Part shown: positions 13,266 to 26,400 of the stretch, one piece after another | Numbering within the stretch: position 1 is the stretch's first letter | How the letters are laid out: each line of letters starts with the position of its first letter | Assembly (NCBI RefSeq): GCF_030028105.1 | Contig: NC_092371.1 | Span: 14,653,884 to 14,717,883 of the forward strand | Direction of reading: 5' to 3' | DNA length: 64,000 nt | Origin: Mobula birostris | Lineage: Eukaryota | Notes under the pieces: model-generated | What the model saw: the letters and a program-made list of their open reading frames with translations, nothing else | Database searches by the model: none | Told to the model about the DNA's origin: nothing | Position numbers and translations under genes: made by a program

Positions 13266-13504
13266 TACCTACTGTTAAGGTAATTACATTAATTAAAGGC
13301 ACTTACCCGGCCTTACCTCACTTGCAGTGAACCTCGTCCTCTGCCTCTGCTCGCCGAAGCCTCTCAAGCTAAAGCCTTCCTGCTCTGTCTCCCTCTACTC
13401 CGTCGCCCGCTCCATTAACCTGCTCACTTTTTAACTCTCCCGCTGCTTCACGGTCTGACTTTCACGCGATTGCGCATTCGTGACTCGTTCAACCGCCGAA
13501 GAAA

Positions 13505-13825
13505 TGGGACTAGAACTACTGGACATTACCTCAAGATTCAGGGGAGTAAATCCAGGGTGGATATGAGGAGAAACTGCTTTTCCCAGAGTGGTGAATCTGT
13601 GGAATTCACTGCCCAATGAAGCAGTGCAGGCTACCTCAGTAAATCAATTTAAGACAAGGTTAGATACATTTTTGTATAGAAGGGGAATCAAGGGTTATGT
13701 TGGGAAAGGCAGGTCGGTGGAGGTGAGTCGATGGTCAGATCTGTCATGATCGTATTGAATGGCGGAGGAAGCTCGATAGGCCGGATGGTCTACTCATGCT
13801 TCTAGTAGTTATTTTTTATGTTCTT
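13505..13825 (+). mobile_element. CR1 3' end fragment
   Basis: ttttcccagagtggtgaatctgtggaattcactgccc...ggatggtctactcatgcttcta, a typical CR1 3' end. Confidence 0.85.
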
Positions 13826-13869
13826 TCATATGGCACTTAAATTCCGGAACTCGTTGTGCAGAAGATGGT

Positions 13870-14030
13870 CACACGTCCTATCCATGTACCTACATGGACC
13901 ACGACCCCTGGCTGTTCACTATCCCTCTTAAGAACACCGAGATCTCGATCCAAGATATCTTCGACCGTGGCAGTCGGGAGGTAACATACTATCCGGCATC
14001 CACACTAGCGTCTCCTTTACACTTATATAT
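13870..14030 (-). mobile_element. CR1 ORF1 fragment
   Basis: Aligns by eye to 12665-12810 (acatggaccacgac...actatccgg). Confidence 0.75.
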
Positions 14031-17000
14031 ACTCAAAAACAAAGTTTTAGATCCTCTTTTACATTATTGGCTAGCTAACCTCATATCGTTAACATTCCAG
14101 ATTACGGAACATGGAGCCAAAGACGATAAATATACGGCGCCCACGATTCAATCAAAGAGCCTTCGGCTGAAGTGAGTGAGTTACCTCCCACTTTCCCATC
14201 AAATGCTTTTCTTCTGGGCGTTCAGTGGGGACGGCAGAAGGTGGTGTTGACAAGTGCTCTGTAGTTGCACTGCTCCATGTGCGTCGCAAGAGGGAGGTGA
14301 AGAGCTACACGCGATTTCCGGTTGCGATATTGGGAGCGAGAAGCACCGGATGTCAACTGCAAACAAAGAACTTTCCAGTTATAAATGTGAAGAGGCAGTT
14401 AACGGAATCTGAATGCAGTTTATGGAATCTGAAAATAGTATGCAACAAAATTCTTGAAGAACTAAATCGGCTTGCTTTTTTCCCTGAAGGACAATTGGAC
14501 CAGAAACTTTCACATGCTGTGCAGGAACTTCGAACAGAGCGAGGACTTTGCATTGAGCCTTCTGCAACAATAATTCAGATCGCAGCTGATTTTGGAGACG
14601 GACATGATATGGGAAGGCACGTAGGTCTGAAAGAAATTACAGATCAAGGAAAGGCCGAGATGGAGACGACATAAGTGATCTGAGACCCCAGAAACGGTGT
14701 CAGCAAAGAAGCTGATCAGATTTCTGGAAGGGGCCATGTTGGAACTAAACGATGAAAAGGTAATTCAAGGGGGCATTTCAGAACAACGCTGAAATATTAA
14801 ACCGAGAGGTTCTACTGTCGGACAAGAAAGAGAACTAGAGAAAAAAACTAGAGAACTAGAGAAATTGTGAAATAGAGCGCTCGCTTCAATATTTACATTA
14901 CTTATTTCTCCTCGCTAATGACATTAAGAAAACAAAAGGTGGTATAAACCAGCACTCGTCCGGCGTAGAGGGCGAATGGGAAGCCCCTTTCAGCGGGATT
15001 AGATTCCATGATATTATTAGCTGAAGAGACTCATCCATCTGAAACCATATCTTACCGCGGATGGTGGGTGATCTGCCGATGCTTCCAAAATTTTCTGTTT
15101 TATTTTTGATTTTCCAAAATTAATTTCACCTATTGTTCCATTGTTGCGTTGAGGTTACGGATTGAGTATGCAATTCAGGGATTATTTTGCATATTACGGA
15201 ACAGACGTTGTCTTCAATCTAGCCCCACATATCTGATCTGAAGTACTTTTCTGAGTATGAATAATTCAGAGATTCGACAGCAAGAAGTCACAAGAGACTT
15301 GTTTCTTCATCGCATGTATCTCAATGGATGGTGTGGAGGGATTACTGAGAAGGTATCGGTCAATGAACGGTTCCATTCTGCTATTTTCAAATTTATCCGA
15401 AGATTCTTTTCCTTGACTACGACTAAAAGCTAAAATGTCGCGGAGACGCTACAGGCAGGTCACAAATGCTCTCTAATGAAGAAAGGTTGTATATATAACA
15501 TTTTGGGAGACAGGTTTCAGCATTTGAACGTGTTACAACATTTGATCTTGTAATGACCGTTTGATTTTATATCGTGTCACAACACACAACAACATAACTG
15601 CATTATCGTAGGAACAGTTGACACCTTGGTTGTGGATAATATAAACGTCCATTCTGCATCTCGCCTCTGTGGACTCTAAATCTATCGGCATTGTTTTAGG
15701 CTGAACAAAAGAAAAAAACCGGACAATTTAAATTGCTTTATAAACTGTCAATTAAAACGATACAATTTTTTGTTTGTCATCGAGAGCCAAAAGAAACAGA
15801 AGTTCTCTTGGAATCGACAGACAACTATAAATCTGTGAACGAGAAACGCTCAAGGGGTAGGATTAGCACAAAGAAATACTGTTGTTGAAATTGACAAGAA
15901 AGGAAGTGTTATATTTCAGAGACGACATAATCAAAGGTTTTACAGATACATTTAATGTTAGAGAGATGTATACAATACAGATTCAGAAATTCATTTTCTT
16001 CTCGGGTAATTATGGATGTCGTAGACGCGCTGATGTTGTCATCTTCCTAAATGCTATACACATTCCCACAGATTCAACAACTGTGAATCCCCAGTATTGA
16101 AGGAAGGGTGCAAAAGAAATTAATACACAAAGTCTAGTTCGCCAAACATAATGGCAAAGACGTAGAAACAGGAAAAACAATAATGACTGGATTTGATAAA
16201 GTTATGCATTTGTCAAAGTGGAACATATTTGGCAAATCTACATTTTGAGTTTCTAATTTGCGGAAGACGTAAAGGCGAAACAGTTAACTTGATTACCTTA
16301 TGAAAAGTGTTGATAAGATGTCACACGGAATTATTAAAGTTAATGTGATATATTTGGCATTTGAAGGTTGATTAGCGGAAAAAGGTCATTTTAACAGAAG
16401 GTGACAAGTATATAAGCGAATTTCCAACATACATGGAAAATGAAATATAGCTCGGAAAAGTGTAAGAACATGCACATCAGTCAACAAGCTGTAAAGACAT
16501 TTCAAATGAACAAAGACTGAATATATTGATTTCAGGCGAGATAAGGAGTTAATTTTACACGAATCACTCAACGTTAATGCGCAGGTAGAAGGAGCAATTA
16601 GGCGGACAAACAACCTCCCGGCTGTCATGAATTGATTACAAGGTTAAAGTTAGGACTAAGGCAATGTCCGTGGTTTTACAAAATTGGGTGTCAGCTCACA
16701 TGACCTAGAAATTGATTTCTGAACCTGACGGGCTTGATGCAGGGTTAATGATTCTCTTGGATGGTGGTGCCTCGAATGACGGCGCCGCTTTAAAATTAGG
16801 GTTGCCTTTTCAGAATTGAGGTGAGAGGTAATTTCTTCAACAAGAATCTTAATAAATCCCCAGAATGTTTTCGCGGATGGCATTCAAATCTTTGTATCTC
16901 CTCAAATGTAAGACCGAGTTGAATCGATTTTTAGATAACAAATGAAGCCAGGTCTTGGATTAGTATAGGAAAATGGCACCGAGTTACCAAGCCTACCATG

Positions 17001-17289
17001 CCCTTATTTAATGGAAATAATGATATAGAACACTGTGTTGCAGTTACAAAGGAAGTTCTCTGCAGGGTGACAAATATAGTACAGGGGCACACGGTTGAGA
17101 GAAGCAAAAGAATGTCATTTGACACCACCTGTTTCTAGCCTACGGTTTAAGCAGTCTGGCCCGCAGAAAACTTTCCACGCGTGCTCATGTATCACAGAGA
17201 GCCTTTTGCAATTAGGCGCAATCACTGACTTTCAAAGCGTAAACAGGAAACCTGTAGCGTGAATTGGCATGGTGCGGTATTTTCCACAG

Positions 17290-17445
17290 ACCTATCTGTA
17301 AATGCGCGACATAATTTCGGCATCCGAACTGCATTTCGCCTGACGTCCGAACCCACTGGTATCTGGGCATCAGTTGGTGCACAATTCGCAGCGATTGCGA
17401 CAGCGTGCTTCTCAACGGTCTGCGTCCTGATCTATCTCCTTCCAG
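17290..17445 (+). pseudogene. Leader/TM-like phase-1 exon of a decayed plus-strand receptor gene
   Basis: Acceptor ttttccacag and donor gttagt; 156 nt open. Ends ...AIATACFSTVCVLIYLLPG and would splice to VVSPQ at 18074 like a signal peptide. No in-frame ATG within the exon. Confidence 0.45.
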
Positions 17446-17634
17446 GTTAGTCTTCCCTACTTCGAATTTTGTGAGCAATTCTTGCGCCAGGTCATTGAAG
17501 TGATTGCTTTACGACAGGGGATCCCGATGTTTTTTATGCCATGGACCCCTACCATTAACCAACGAGTCCGTGGACCCCATGTTGGAAACCCTCTGCCTTA
17601 AGAGAAGATTGGTTCATGTGGAATTGTTCCGGGT

Positions 17635-18090
17635 TAAGCAAAGTGCACCTTGTTACAGCATTATCATAGCTTCGCGTAAGATCACAAAATAACTCTCCTG
17701 ATACATATAAAGTGTCCTATACTGACTTTTGGAACAAGGACAGAGAATTTACTGATCCGCCGCAATTCAGAGATATCCATCAATGAGGATCACTGAAATG
17801 TTATTGGAGATTATTGGATTTCCGCCCCCGCCCCCGCCAAGGACTTTATCTGTCTCATATCTAAGTCTATTTTTTTTCTGTCTCGTTGTCTTTCTCTCTA
17901 TCCTCCATGCTCGATTTTAATCCTTAGGATGTAGGTCCCAATGGAAATTAGGAATCCTAATAATTTGGTGAACCGACAAGGCATTTATGCAGAGTCCGGT
18001 CTATATATATATTACAAATAATTTGGTACGGCTTTACCCAGATAACATCTTGATGAATGTCTTCCTTTTGTAGTTGTTAGCCCTCAGGAG
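17635..18090 (+). repeat. Diverged paralogous copy of the intron/acceptor block at 1565-2200
   Basis: Shared strings include atccatcaatga(a/g)gatcactgaaa, ttacc(t/c)agataacatc(c/t)tgatga and ag|ttgttagccctc. Confidence 0.85.
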
Positions 18091-18384
18091 CTACGAAATA
18101 AACCCTTTTCTTCTGTTTCCTGGATATTTCCTAACACCTCAGGCATTCTCTCCCCTTGGGTTTGTTCTCACCGTACTTTTATTGGATATCTACTTTACAA
18201 TGTGTGCGAGGCCCTCTTACCCTCCACATCAAAACACAATTGTATCCAATGTTTCGCCAGAAAAGGAGGAAGGAAAACCATAAGCCAATAGGCTGATGGG
18301 CGCTGACAAGGCAAATGGAGCGTTGAGTAGTAGACAAAGAAATAAATGCTGCTGATCGGATATTCCTCTGATTAGCGACAGAAC
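18074..18384 (+). pseudogene. Decayed exon paralogous to the V-like exon at 2186
   Basis: Same acceptor and first codons (VVSP). A possible donor gtatgt at 18385 gives a V-exon-like length. Stops and frameshifts are present, and Ig motifs are only faintly recognisable. Confidence 0.35.
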
Positions 18385-19124
18385 GTATGTCACTACAGCA
18401 CAGTACAAACCCCTCGACCCACGATGTTGCGCCGACGATTTAACCTATTCTAACCCTCCCGCTTACAGATTCTTCCATTTTCCAATCATCCATGAGCCTA
18501 TTTAAGAGTGTCTCAACGGTCCCTAATGTATCTGCCTCTGTAACCAACACTGGCAGCGCGTTCTATACACCCCTCACTCTGTGTAAAAATACCTACCTCT
18601 GACATCTATTTGAGGTTTTTCGCAAAGACCTTAATAGTATAGGCCTAGATAGGTTACACAATTTCATTCCAGTGTGAGTTGGAGTCGTTCTAATCAAGAT
18701 GTATTTAGATTCTGACTATGGACAGAGCAGTGGGTAATGAAGAGCACCATAGCCTTACCCCGTGCCTGACACAGGGATTATTTCATTGTATTTTTCAGTG
18801 TGGTGGTCTTCTGTACTCCACAACATCAATTTGCCTATATATAGTATTCATCTAGTTATCACTACCTGACACTACCTCACGGTTTTGCCATATTTCTACA
18901 CCAGAAATTGTTAATTTGTAAAATAAATTCATTTTAAATACAGTATTTTTATTTCCAGATTTATAGGTTTTAATGTTGCACGACTCAAATTAGTGATATT
19001 CAGCCTGATCCTGATTCTAATTAGCCACCAATCCGTCTCTTTCTCCATCTCCCTCTCTCTTTTGATACGTCAATGAATATTTAACTCTTTCATAAGTACT
19101 TATAAATCTATAAATGGGGAAAGA

Positions 19125-19872
19125 ATTCAAAGTTCTGAGATGCAACGGGACTTGGGAGTCCTCGTACAGGATTCCCTTAAAGTTAACCTCCAGGTTGAGT
19201 CAGTAGTGAAGAAGGCGAATGCAATGTTGGCATTCATTTCTAGAGGAATAGAGTATAGGAGCAGGGATGTGATGTTGAGGCTCTATAAGGCGCTGGTGAG
19301 ACCTCACTTGGAGTACTGTGGGCAGTTTTGGTCTCCTTATTTAAGAAAGCATGTGCTGACGTTGGAGAGGGTACAGAGAAGATTCACTAGACTGATTCCG
19401 GGAATGAGAGGGTTAACATATGAGGAAGGTTTGTCCGCTCTTGGACTGTATTCCTTGGAGTTTAGAAGAATGAGGGGAGACCTCATAGAAACATTTCGAA
19501 TGTTAAAAGGCATGGTCAGAGTGGATGTGGCAAAGTTGTTTACCATGATGGGGGAGTCTAGTACGAGAGGGCATGACTTCAGGATTGAAGGGCGCCCTTT
19601 CAGAACAGAAATACGAAGAAATTTTTTTAGTCCGAGGGTGGTGAATCTATAGAATTTGTTGCCACGGGCAGCAATGGAGGCCAAGTCATTGGGTGTATTT
19701 AAGGCAGAGATTGATAGGTATCTGAGTAGCCAGGGCATCAAAGGTTATGGTGAGAGGCGGGGCAGTGGGACTAAATAGGATAAAATGGATCAGCTCATGA
19801 TAAAATGGCGGAGCAGACTCGATGGGCCGAATGGCCTACTTCTGCTCCTTTGTCTTATGGTCTTATGGTCTT
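19125..19872 (+). mobile_element. CR1 3' fragment (RT C-terminus and 3'UTR), fairly young
   Basis: ORF 19140-19652 QRDLGVLVQDSLK...LYKALVRPHLEYC; tail (tcttatgg)n. Confidence 0.95.
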
Positions 19873-20013
19873 ATTTCTGGATCTGGTGGCACTATGATCT
19901 GCTCCCAACCTCGTACAGTACGCAATCCCTTTGTGAATATATCGTTAGAGACGCAAATTATGACATAGAATTGGTTCGAACATATGAAAACGAAAGCTTC
20001 TTTTCTCTTGCAG

Positions 20014-20130
20014 ATGCCCCATCCATGCATGTTTACCTTTTACTGCATCATGTCGGCTTTCCTGTGGCGATTATCCTTCTCCTCACGGATATATTCGCCG
20101 TGGGACAAAGCTGCAGGAACCGGCAGTCAG
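20014..20130 (+). pseudogene. Transmembrane-like exon, NKp30/NCR3-like, with a non-canonical donor
   Basis: Strong acceptor cttcttttctcttgcag; 117 nt, phase 1-1; DAPSMHVYLLLHHVGFPVAIILLLTDIFAVGQSCRNRQSG. The next bases are GA rather than GT. Confidence 0.45.
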
Positions 20131-21109
20131 GATCCAAATTCTTTACAACTGCCCATGATTGTTCTTATCGCCGTTGTTGTCTGTTTCTGGGTTTAACGCT
20201 ATCGTTTACCTTAAATCTCTTTCCATCTCAGGCAGCAAGAGCGGCCGGATGAACCTTCTAGAATTGAGACCACGCGTGGAAGGAAATTAAGTAGGAATAA
20301 ATTATTTTTGGTTTGGTTTGTTTAGAAAATATAGAACAGCACAGTGCAGCACAGAAACAGACCCTCCCCTTCATAATGTATTGCCAAGCTAATGGAATGA
20401 ACGCTGATAAATCTACTAAACTAATTCATTTAGCCTGTACAGGTGCAAATTCTTCATCGTTGTGACTGTCTCAGTTTATTTTAAGAAGCTATAAAACGTT
20501 CCAAATGAACGGCGCAAGTCTTTCATTTGCACCTCGATATTCCGGGATAGCTACTGATAAGTGTTATGGAGCACGGCCACAGGCTTTTCAGCTCAGCTCG
20601 TCCACGCTGACTGTGATGCATTATTGGGCTAGTCTCCTTTGACTACTTTTTCCTAATTTACTTCTAAACCTTTCCTATCCACGTACCTATCCAAATGTTT
20701 TATGAACGTTGCAACTGTACCCGCCTCTACCGCTTCTTCTGGCAAGTCGTTCTATGCACAGTACCGACCATCCTCTGTTGAATAAATGACTCGCAATTCC
20801 TCCTGAAATCTTTTATCTTTCATTTTGACCCCGTGGTCTCGCTTTACTTCCCCTTACGTTGGGAAAATACATGCCATTCCGCTTTATCACTCAGGATGTT
20901 ATAAACATCCGCAGAGTGACCCGAGTCTCCGTCGCTGCAGCGAAAGCATTTCCAGTATTATCGGTCTCTTCTTTTAACTCTAACCCTCATCCCTGGTTAT
21001 ATTCTTATGAATATTTTATGCAGCCCCTCCACTGAAGGAGTGGGTTATTTCTATGGTATGGCAACCAGAAATGAACCAATATTCCGGATGCGGTCCCATC
21101 ACCAACTTG

Positions 21110-21823
21110 AGGATACTTGGTAGTGTGGAGGAGCAGAGGGATCTTGGGGTACATGTCCACAGATCCCTGAAATTTGCCTCACAGGTGGATAGAGTAGTTA
21201 AGAAAGCTTATGGGGTGTTTGCTTTCATAAGTCGAGGGATAGAGTTTAAGAGTCGCGATGTAATGATGCAACTCTATAAAACTCTGGTTAGGCCACACTT
21301 GGAATAATGTGTCCATTTCTGGTCACCTCACTATAGGAAGGATGTGGAAACATTGGAAAGGGTACAGAGGAGATTTACCAGGATGCTGCCTGGTTTAGAA
21401 AGTATGCATTATGATCAGAGATTAAGGGAGCTAGGGCTTTACTCTTTGGAGAGAAGGAGGATGACAGGAGACATGATAGAGGTGTACAAGATAATAAGGG
21501 GAATAGATAGAGTGGATAGCCAGCCCCTCTTCCCCAGTTCACCACTGCTCAATACAAGAGGACATGACTTTAAGGTAAGGGGTGGGAAGTTCAAGGGGAA
21601 TATTAGAGGAAAGTTTTTTACTCAGAGAGTGGTTGGTGCGTGGAATGCACTGCCTGAGTCGGTGGTGGAGGCAGATGCACTAGTGAAGTTTAAGAGATTA
21701 TTAGACAGGTATATGGAGGAATTTAAGGTGGGGGCTTATATGGGAGGCAGGGTTTGAGGGTCGTCACAACATTGTGGGCCGAAGGGCCTGTACTGTGCTG
21801 TACTATTCTATGTTCTATGTTCT
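21110..21823 (+). mobile_element. CR1 3' fragment
   Basis: ORF 21344-21757 ERVQRRFTRMLPGL...; tail ttctatgttctatgttcta. Confidence 0.95.
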
Positions 21824-21829
21824 ACGTTG

Positions 21830-22500
21830 TTCTGCATGCCCTGTCTGAAAATAGCAAGCATCTCTTTTTTCACCATCTACAGGTATCTCTCTGATTCGTC
21901 CTGTAAGAATTTGATAAACTTCTATAGACGCAAACTGGAAGTATTCAGATTTGTTGCATCACTGTGTGGCATGGAAACACCAATGCCCTTGAACAGAAAA
22001 CCCTACAAAAATTCGTGGGCACACCCCAGTACAATACAGCTAACGCCTTCCCCACCACTGAACACAGGAGGGCAGTCGCAGGAAAACAGCACCCATCATC
22101 AACAACCCGCCATCCAGGCTACGCTTTCTTCTGGCTTTGCAATGAGGTATAGAAATCTCGGGTACCACACCCCTAGGTGCATGAACATCTCTTACCATTC
22201 AACCAATAGTCTACTGAATCCACACACTAATCTGATTCCCACACCGATGGACTCACCGTCAAGGACTCTAAAACTCAATTTTTCAATATTATCTACATAT
22301 CTATTTCCTCTTCTTTTTGTATGGCACAATTGGTTTTCTTTTGCACATTAGTTGTCTGTCAGTCTTTGTTTGTGTGCAGTTTTAAATTGATTCTATTGTG
22401 TTTCCATTATGTACCGTGAATACCCGGATGCAAATTAACCTCAGGGCTGTATATTGTAACATGTCTGTACTTTGTTAATAAATTTACTTCGAACTTTACA
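21830..22500 (+). mobile_element. Rex1/Babar-type LINE 3' fragment
   Basis: LINFYRRKLE / ITVWHGNTNALEQKTLQK resembles the Rex1/Babar C-terminus. Confidence 0.65.
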
Positions 22501-23409
22501 TTTAGAGCTGTGTTGACACTAACATAGAATTATGGCTTGTGCCCCCATGTCTATTTTACAACATCAATCAGCAACTTCAGCCCCGGGCCGGGTTGTTTAC
22601 AAAGTAAATCCTGCCCAAGTTTATTTTGTTTCCAAACCAACAAGCGGGTACGACAAATCATTGTGGACACAACTCACCCAGAGAACTGCCTGTTCAAAAG
22701 TTCCCTATGGAAAGCGCTATATGGCTATAAAAAAAATCCTCACACTATCTTAAAAGTCCCCCCCCCCCGGGTATTTAATCCAATCAACCATTCTCGTAGC
22801 CCCTCCCCCTCTCTTTATTACTGCCATCAAGCACTGCACTCCCTTAAGCAACTATTTATAACGCTGTTTATATCACAAACGCATGCCGGTATTTGCGTAT
22901 CAATGCACCTTTTATTCAATGCCTTTCCTCTAATTTTATTTTCATTTACCCTTTTTCTGTTTAATTGTTGAATGTTGTCGTCTTTTGTTGGAATGTCGCG
23001 CCAACACACCGCTGCAAATTCCAAACACATGTCAATGTAGATGGTGAATGAAATTAAGGCATGATCCTTTTCAAAACTCCCATGTTTCACAGTTAAATTT
23101 CATCTGCCATTCGTTTGCCCACTTGCACAGCTAATCTCGATCCTGTGGCAGTCCGAGACAGCCTTTTTTATTCTCTGCCAAACTACCAACCTCAGCGTCA
23201 TTCTTGCATTTACTAATCATGCCACCTACCTCCTCAGCCAAATCATTTTGATGACAAACAGCTGCACACCACTGGTCGTAAGTCTTCAGTCTCAAAAATA
23301 GCTCTTCCTAACTCCTTCCATCAAGCCAATTTTCAATCCAGTTGGTCATTTTATTCTGAACCCTTCATGATTTCACCTTCGAGAGCAACCTACTGCGTAA
23401 TAATTATTG

Positions 23410-26400
23410 AATGATTTTTTCTTTATTTGTTGTAACTTATTTTTTATTGAAGTTCATCATCAAACAAACATTTCCATAAGATGTATTTCAGATACTGTAC
23501 ATACACATCATATAATCATATTTTTTACACATTTCCACATAATATTTATCTGAAGTATACATTTATAGAAAGGAGAGGAAAGAAGGAACAATCGAAAGAA
23601 TAAAACTATGTACAAAGTATGCAGTGATTTTTTTACAACATATTCATTGACTTGTGAGAATAAAATCAGGCCTATGAGGTGTTATGTAGCTAAACCATTT
23701 ATCCCAGTATGAATGAAACTGTTCCAATTTATGATGAACAGATCCTGTTATATTCTCCATTTTGTAAATGCCCATTCTAATTTCCATCCATACATTTAAA
23801 GTTGGGCTCTCCTGTGATAAATACTTCCTGGTAAGGATCTTTTTACCAGCCACCAGCAGTATATTCATTAAATATTTATCGCTTTTCAACCATTCTTGAA
23901 GTATATACCCAAAATATATGGCCTTACTCTCTAAGGGTATATCACATTTAAAGATGTCTTGTAGGGCATGATGTTTCGCATTCCAATAGTCTTTGATAAC
24001 GGGGCATTCCCAGAAAATATGATAATGGTTTGCATTTTGATTTCCACAGTTTCTCCAGCAAACAGGAAGGTCACTATCATATGAGATTTCTGAAAATGTA
24101 TAATAAAATATCTTATCAAGTTTTTTTTCCACCGGAGCTCCCTACATTTCTGTGAACGGGTACACTTCCATTGATACTTGCATATTATTGTCCACCTTCC
24201 TCAGATACTATTATCCTTCTTTCCTTCTCCCATTTTGCTTTAATGTATGAAGTCGAATGTGTTTTGAGATTTGACAAACTCCCATACACGCTTGAAATGA
24301 TTCTACTACCGTTGTCTGAACTATATACTTTTCTAAATACCTCTATCAGACATGTACTTGCCTTGGCTACATTTTCAACTGTCCCATTAACGTACTGTCG
24401 CACCTGTTAATACCGGTAAAAGTCTTGTTTTTCGAAAAAGTGTTTCTCTTTGAGCATTTCAAAACTGAACAGTGTTCCTTCTTTCATTATGTTGCAAAGA
24501 GCTGTAATTTCTTTAGCTGTCCAGTCCTTAAATCTAACGCCCAGTTTATTTGGCGTAACATTCGTGTCATATACACACCATTTAAGAATTGTAATGTCTC
24601 TCTCTAGTTTATATTCTTTTATAATAGTTTTCCATATTTTAAGAGTCCATTTCACAGACGGGTTATCAATATTATTTATGTAAATTTGTAGGTTGTTAAC
24701 CAAAATTGCCTGTGTGGAGATGTAAGATATCCTCTCCTCAATGGTTTTCCATTGAGCGTCATATTATTGGTTGCACCAGCATATCACAGCTCTCAACTCT
24801 GCTGCAAAATAATAATCTCCAAGAGAAGGTAAGCCCCATCCTCCCTTTTCCTTGGCTAATTGCAAAGTCTTGAGACGAACCCTAGGCCTTTTACCTGGCC
24901 ATTTATATCTTGATAGCATCTTGTTCCATTCATTGAATTGATTTTGGTTAATCTCTATTGGAAGGGTCTGAAAGAGATATAGTAGTCTGGGCAGTATATT
25001 CATTTCAATAGATTCAGTACTTGAACTGAAACCAAGAAAATTCATTAGTTTCCATCTTGTTATATCTTCCTTAATTTTTTATATATAGGCTGATAATTGC
25101 AGTCTGATAATTTTGCCAAATCTTTTGGCATAATTATGCCGAAATATTTGACAGACTCTGTTTGCCTTCCTCAAGGATATCTACTTTCAATTTCTCTTGG
25201 TGGGTGTAGTTATATAAAAGTAGTTGGGTTTTTTGTTGATCTTGTACCCTGATAATTGGCCATACTGTTCAAAGGATTGCATCAATTTAGGTAAAAAGTA
25301 TGTTGGTTGCCCCAGATAGATCAAAGTGTCATCTGCGTAACAGGTCCAGTTATTCTCGGTTCCTTTAATAGTAATTCCACTGATATCTTCATTTTGTCTG
25401 ATGTATTGAGCTAATCGTTCCAGATAGAATGCGAAGAGCAGCGGTGATCATGCACAAACCTGTCTCATGCCCCTTCGTGTGGTAAAGCCATTAGATAAAT
25501 ATCCATTCCTTCAATCCTAGCAGTATGATTGTCGTATAGTGCCTGTATAGCTTTAATAATTGTGTCATGCAGACGAATCTATGTAAAACTCTGTAAAACA
25601 AATTCCAATTTACAGCGTCCACGCTTATCACTATTGCTTCAATTTCTTTTTTTTTTTAAATATGATCCATAATGTGAAGTGTCCTTCGTATATTGTCTTG
25701 TGTTTGGCGTTGTTGTATAAAATCTGACAGATCATTACGTATCAGTGGGATTTAAATTCTTCTAATCGTTTGGCCATGATGGAAGTAAATATTCTATAAT
25801 CCACATGAAGAACAGATATTGGTCTATATGACTCACATTCCATATTATCGTTGCCTTCTTTCGCTATTGCTGAGATTATCTCCTCCTTCCAGTTGGTTGC
25901 ATTTGCGCCTCTCATAGAGCCCAGTTCAGTGTGAGGAGTAAAACAGGATTTAATTCATTTCTAAATTCTTTATACCACTCTGCCGTATATCCATCTGATC
26001 CTGGTGACTTGCTTATTTCAGCCTACTAATTTTAGTTTTTACTTCAGCTTCAGTTACGTCAGCAGTCATCGTTCTATTTTGTTGTTTGCTTAAAGTGGGC
26101 AACTTTAAAGAATTCAGGAAGGTGTCAATTTGAGTTATGCTTCCCCCCTGGAACTTTAGAATATAGAGCTTCGTAAAATATTTCAAAAGCTTCTTGAATT
26201 TCACTTAGCTTATTTTCTATCACTTTTGTTCTTGGATCCCAAATTCCATGAATTGTATTTTCTGCTATCCTTTGATTCAGTTCCCACGCCAGTATTTTCA
26301 TTAATTTAGAACAACTTTCATAGTGCCTCTGTTTCAGAAACATAATTTTTTTTCCTAATTACTTGTGTAGCCAAACTATTAATTTCATTCCTAATTTTTT

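Larger units (their letters stand above)
8863..13500 (-). mobile_element. CR1 LINE, near full length on the minus strand, interrupted at 9112-9900
   Basis: 3' (ATATGGTT)-like tail at 8863-8885; RT/APE fragments at 10146-12157; open ORF1 at 12453-13265; 5'UTR to about 13500. Confidence 0.9.

Noticed and set aside
13862-13980. Apparent plus-strand exon with AG/GT boundaries
   Set aside because: It is a minus-strand CR1 ORF1 fragment.
14225-14674. 149-aa plus-strand ORF
   Set aside because: GTG start, no recognisable domain in this frame and no coherent exon structure.
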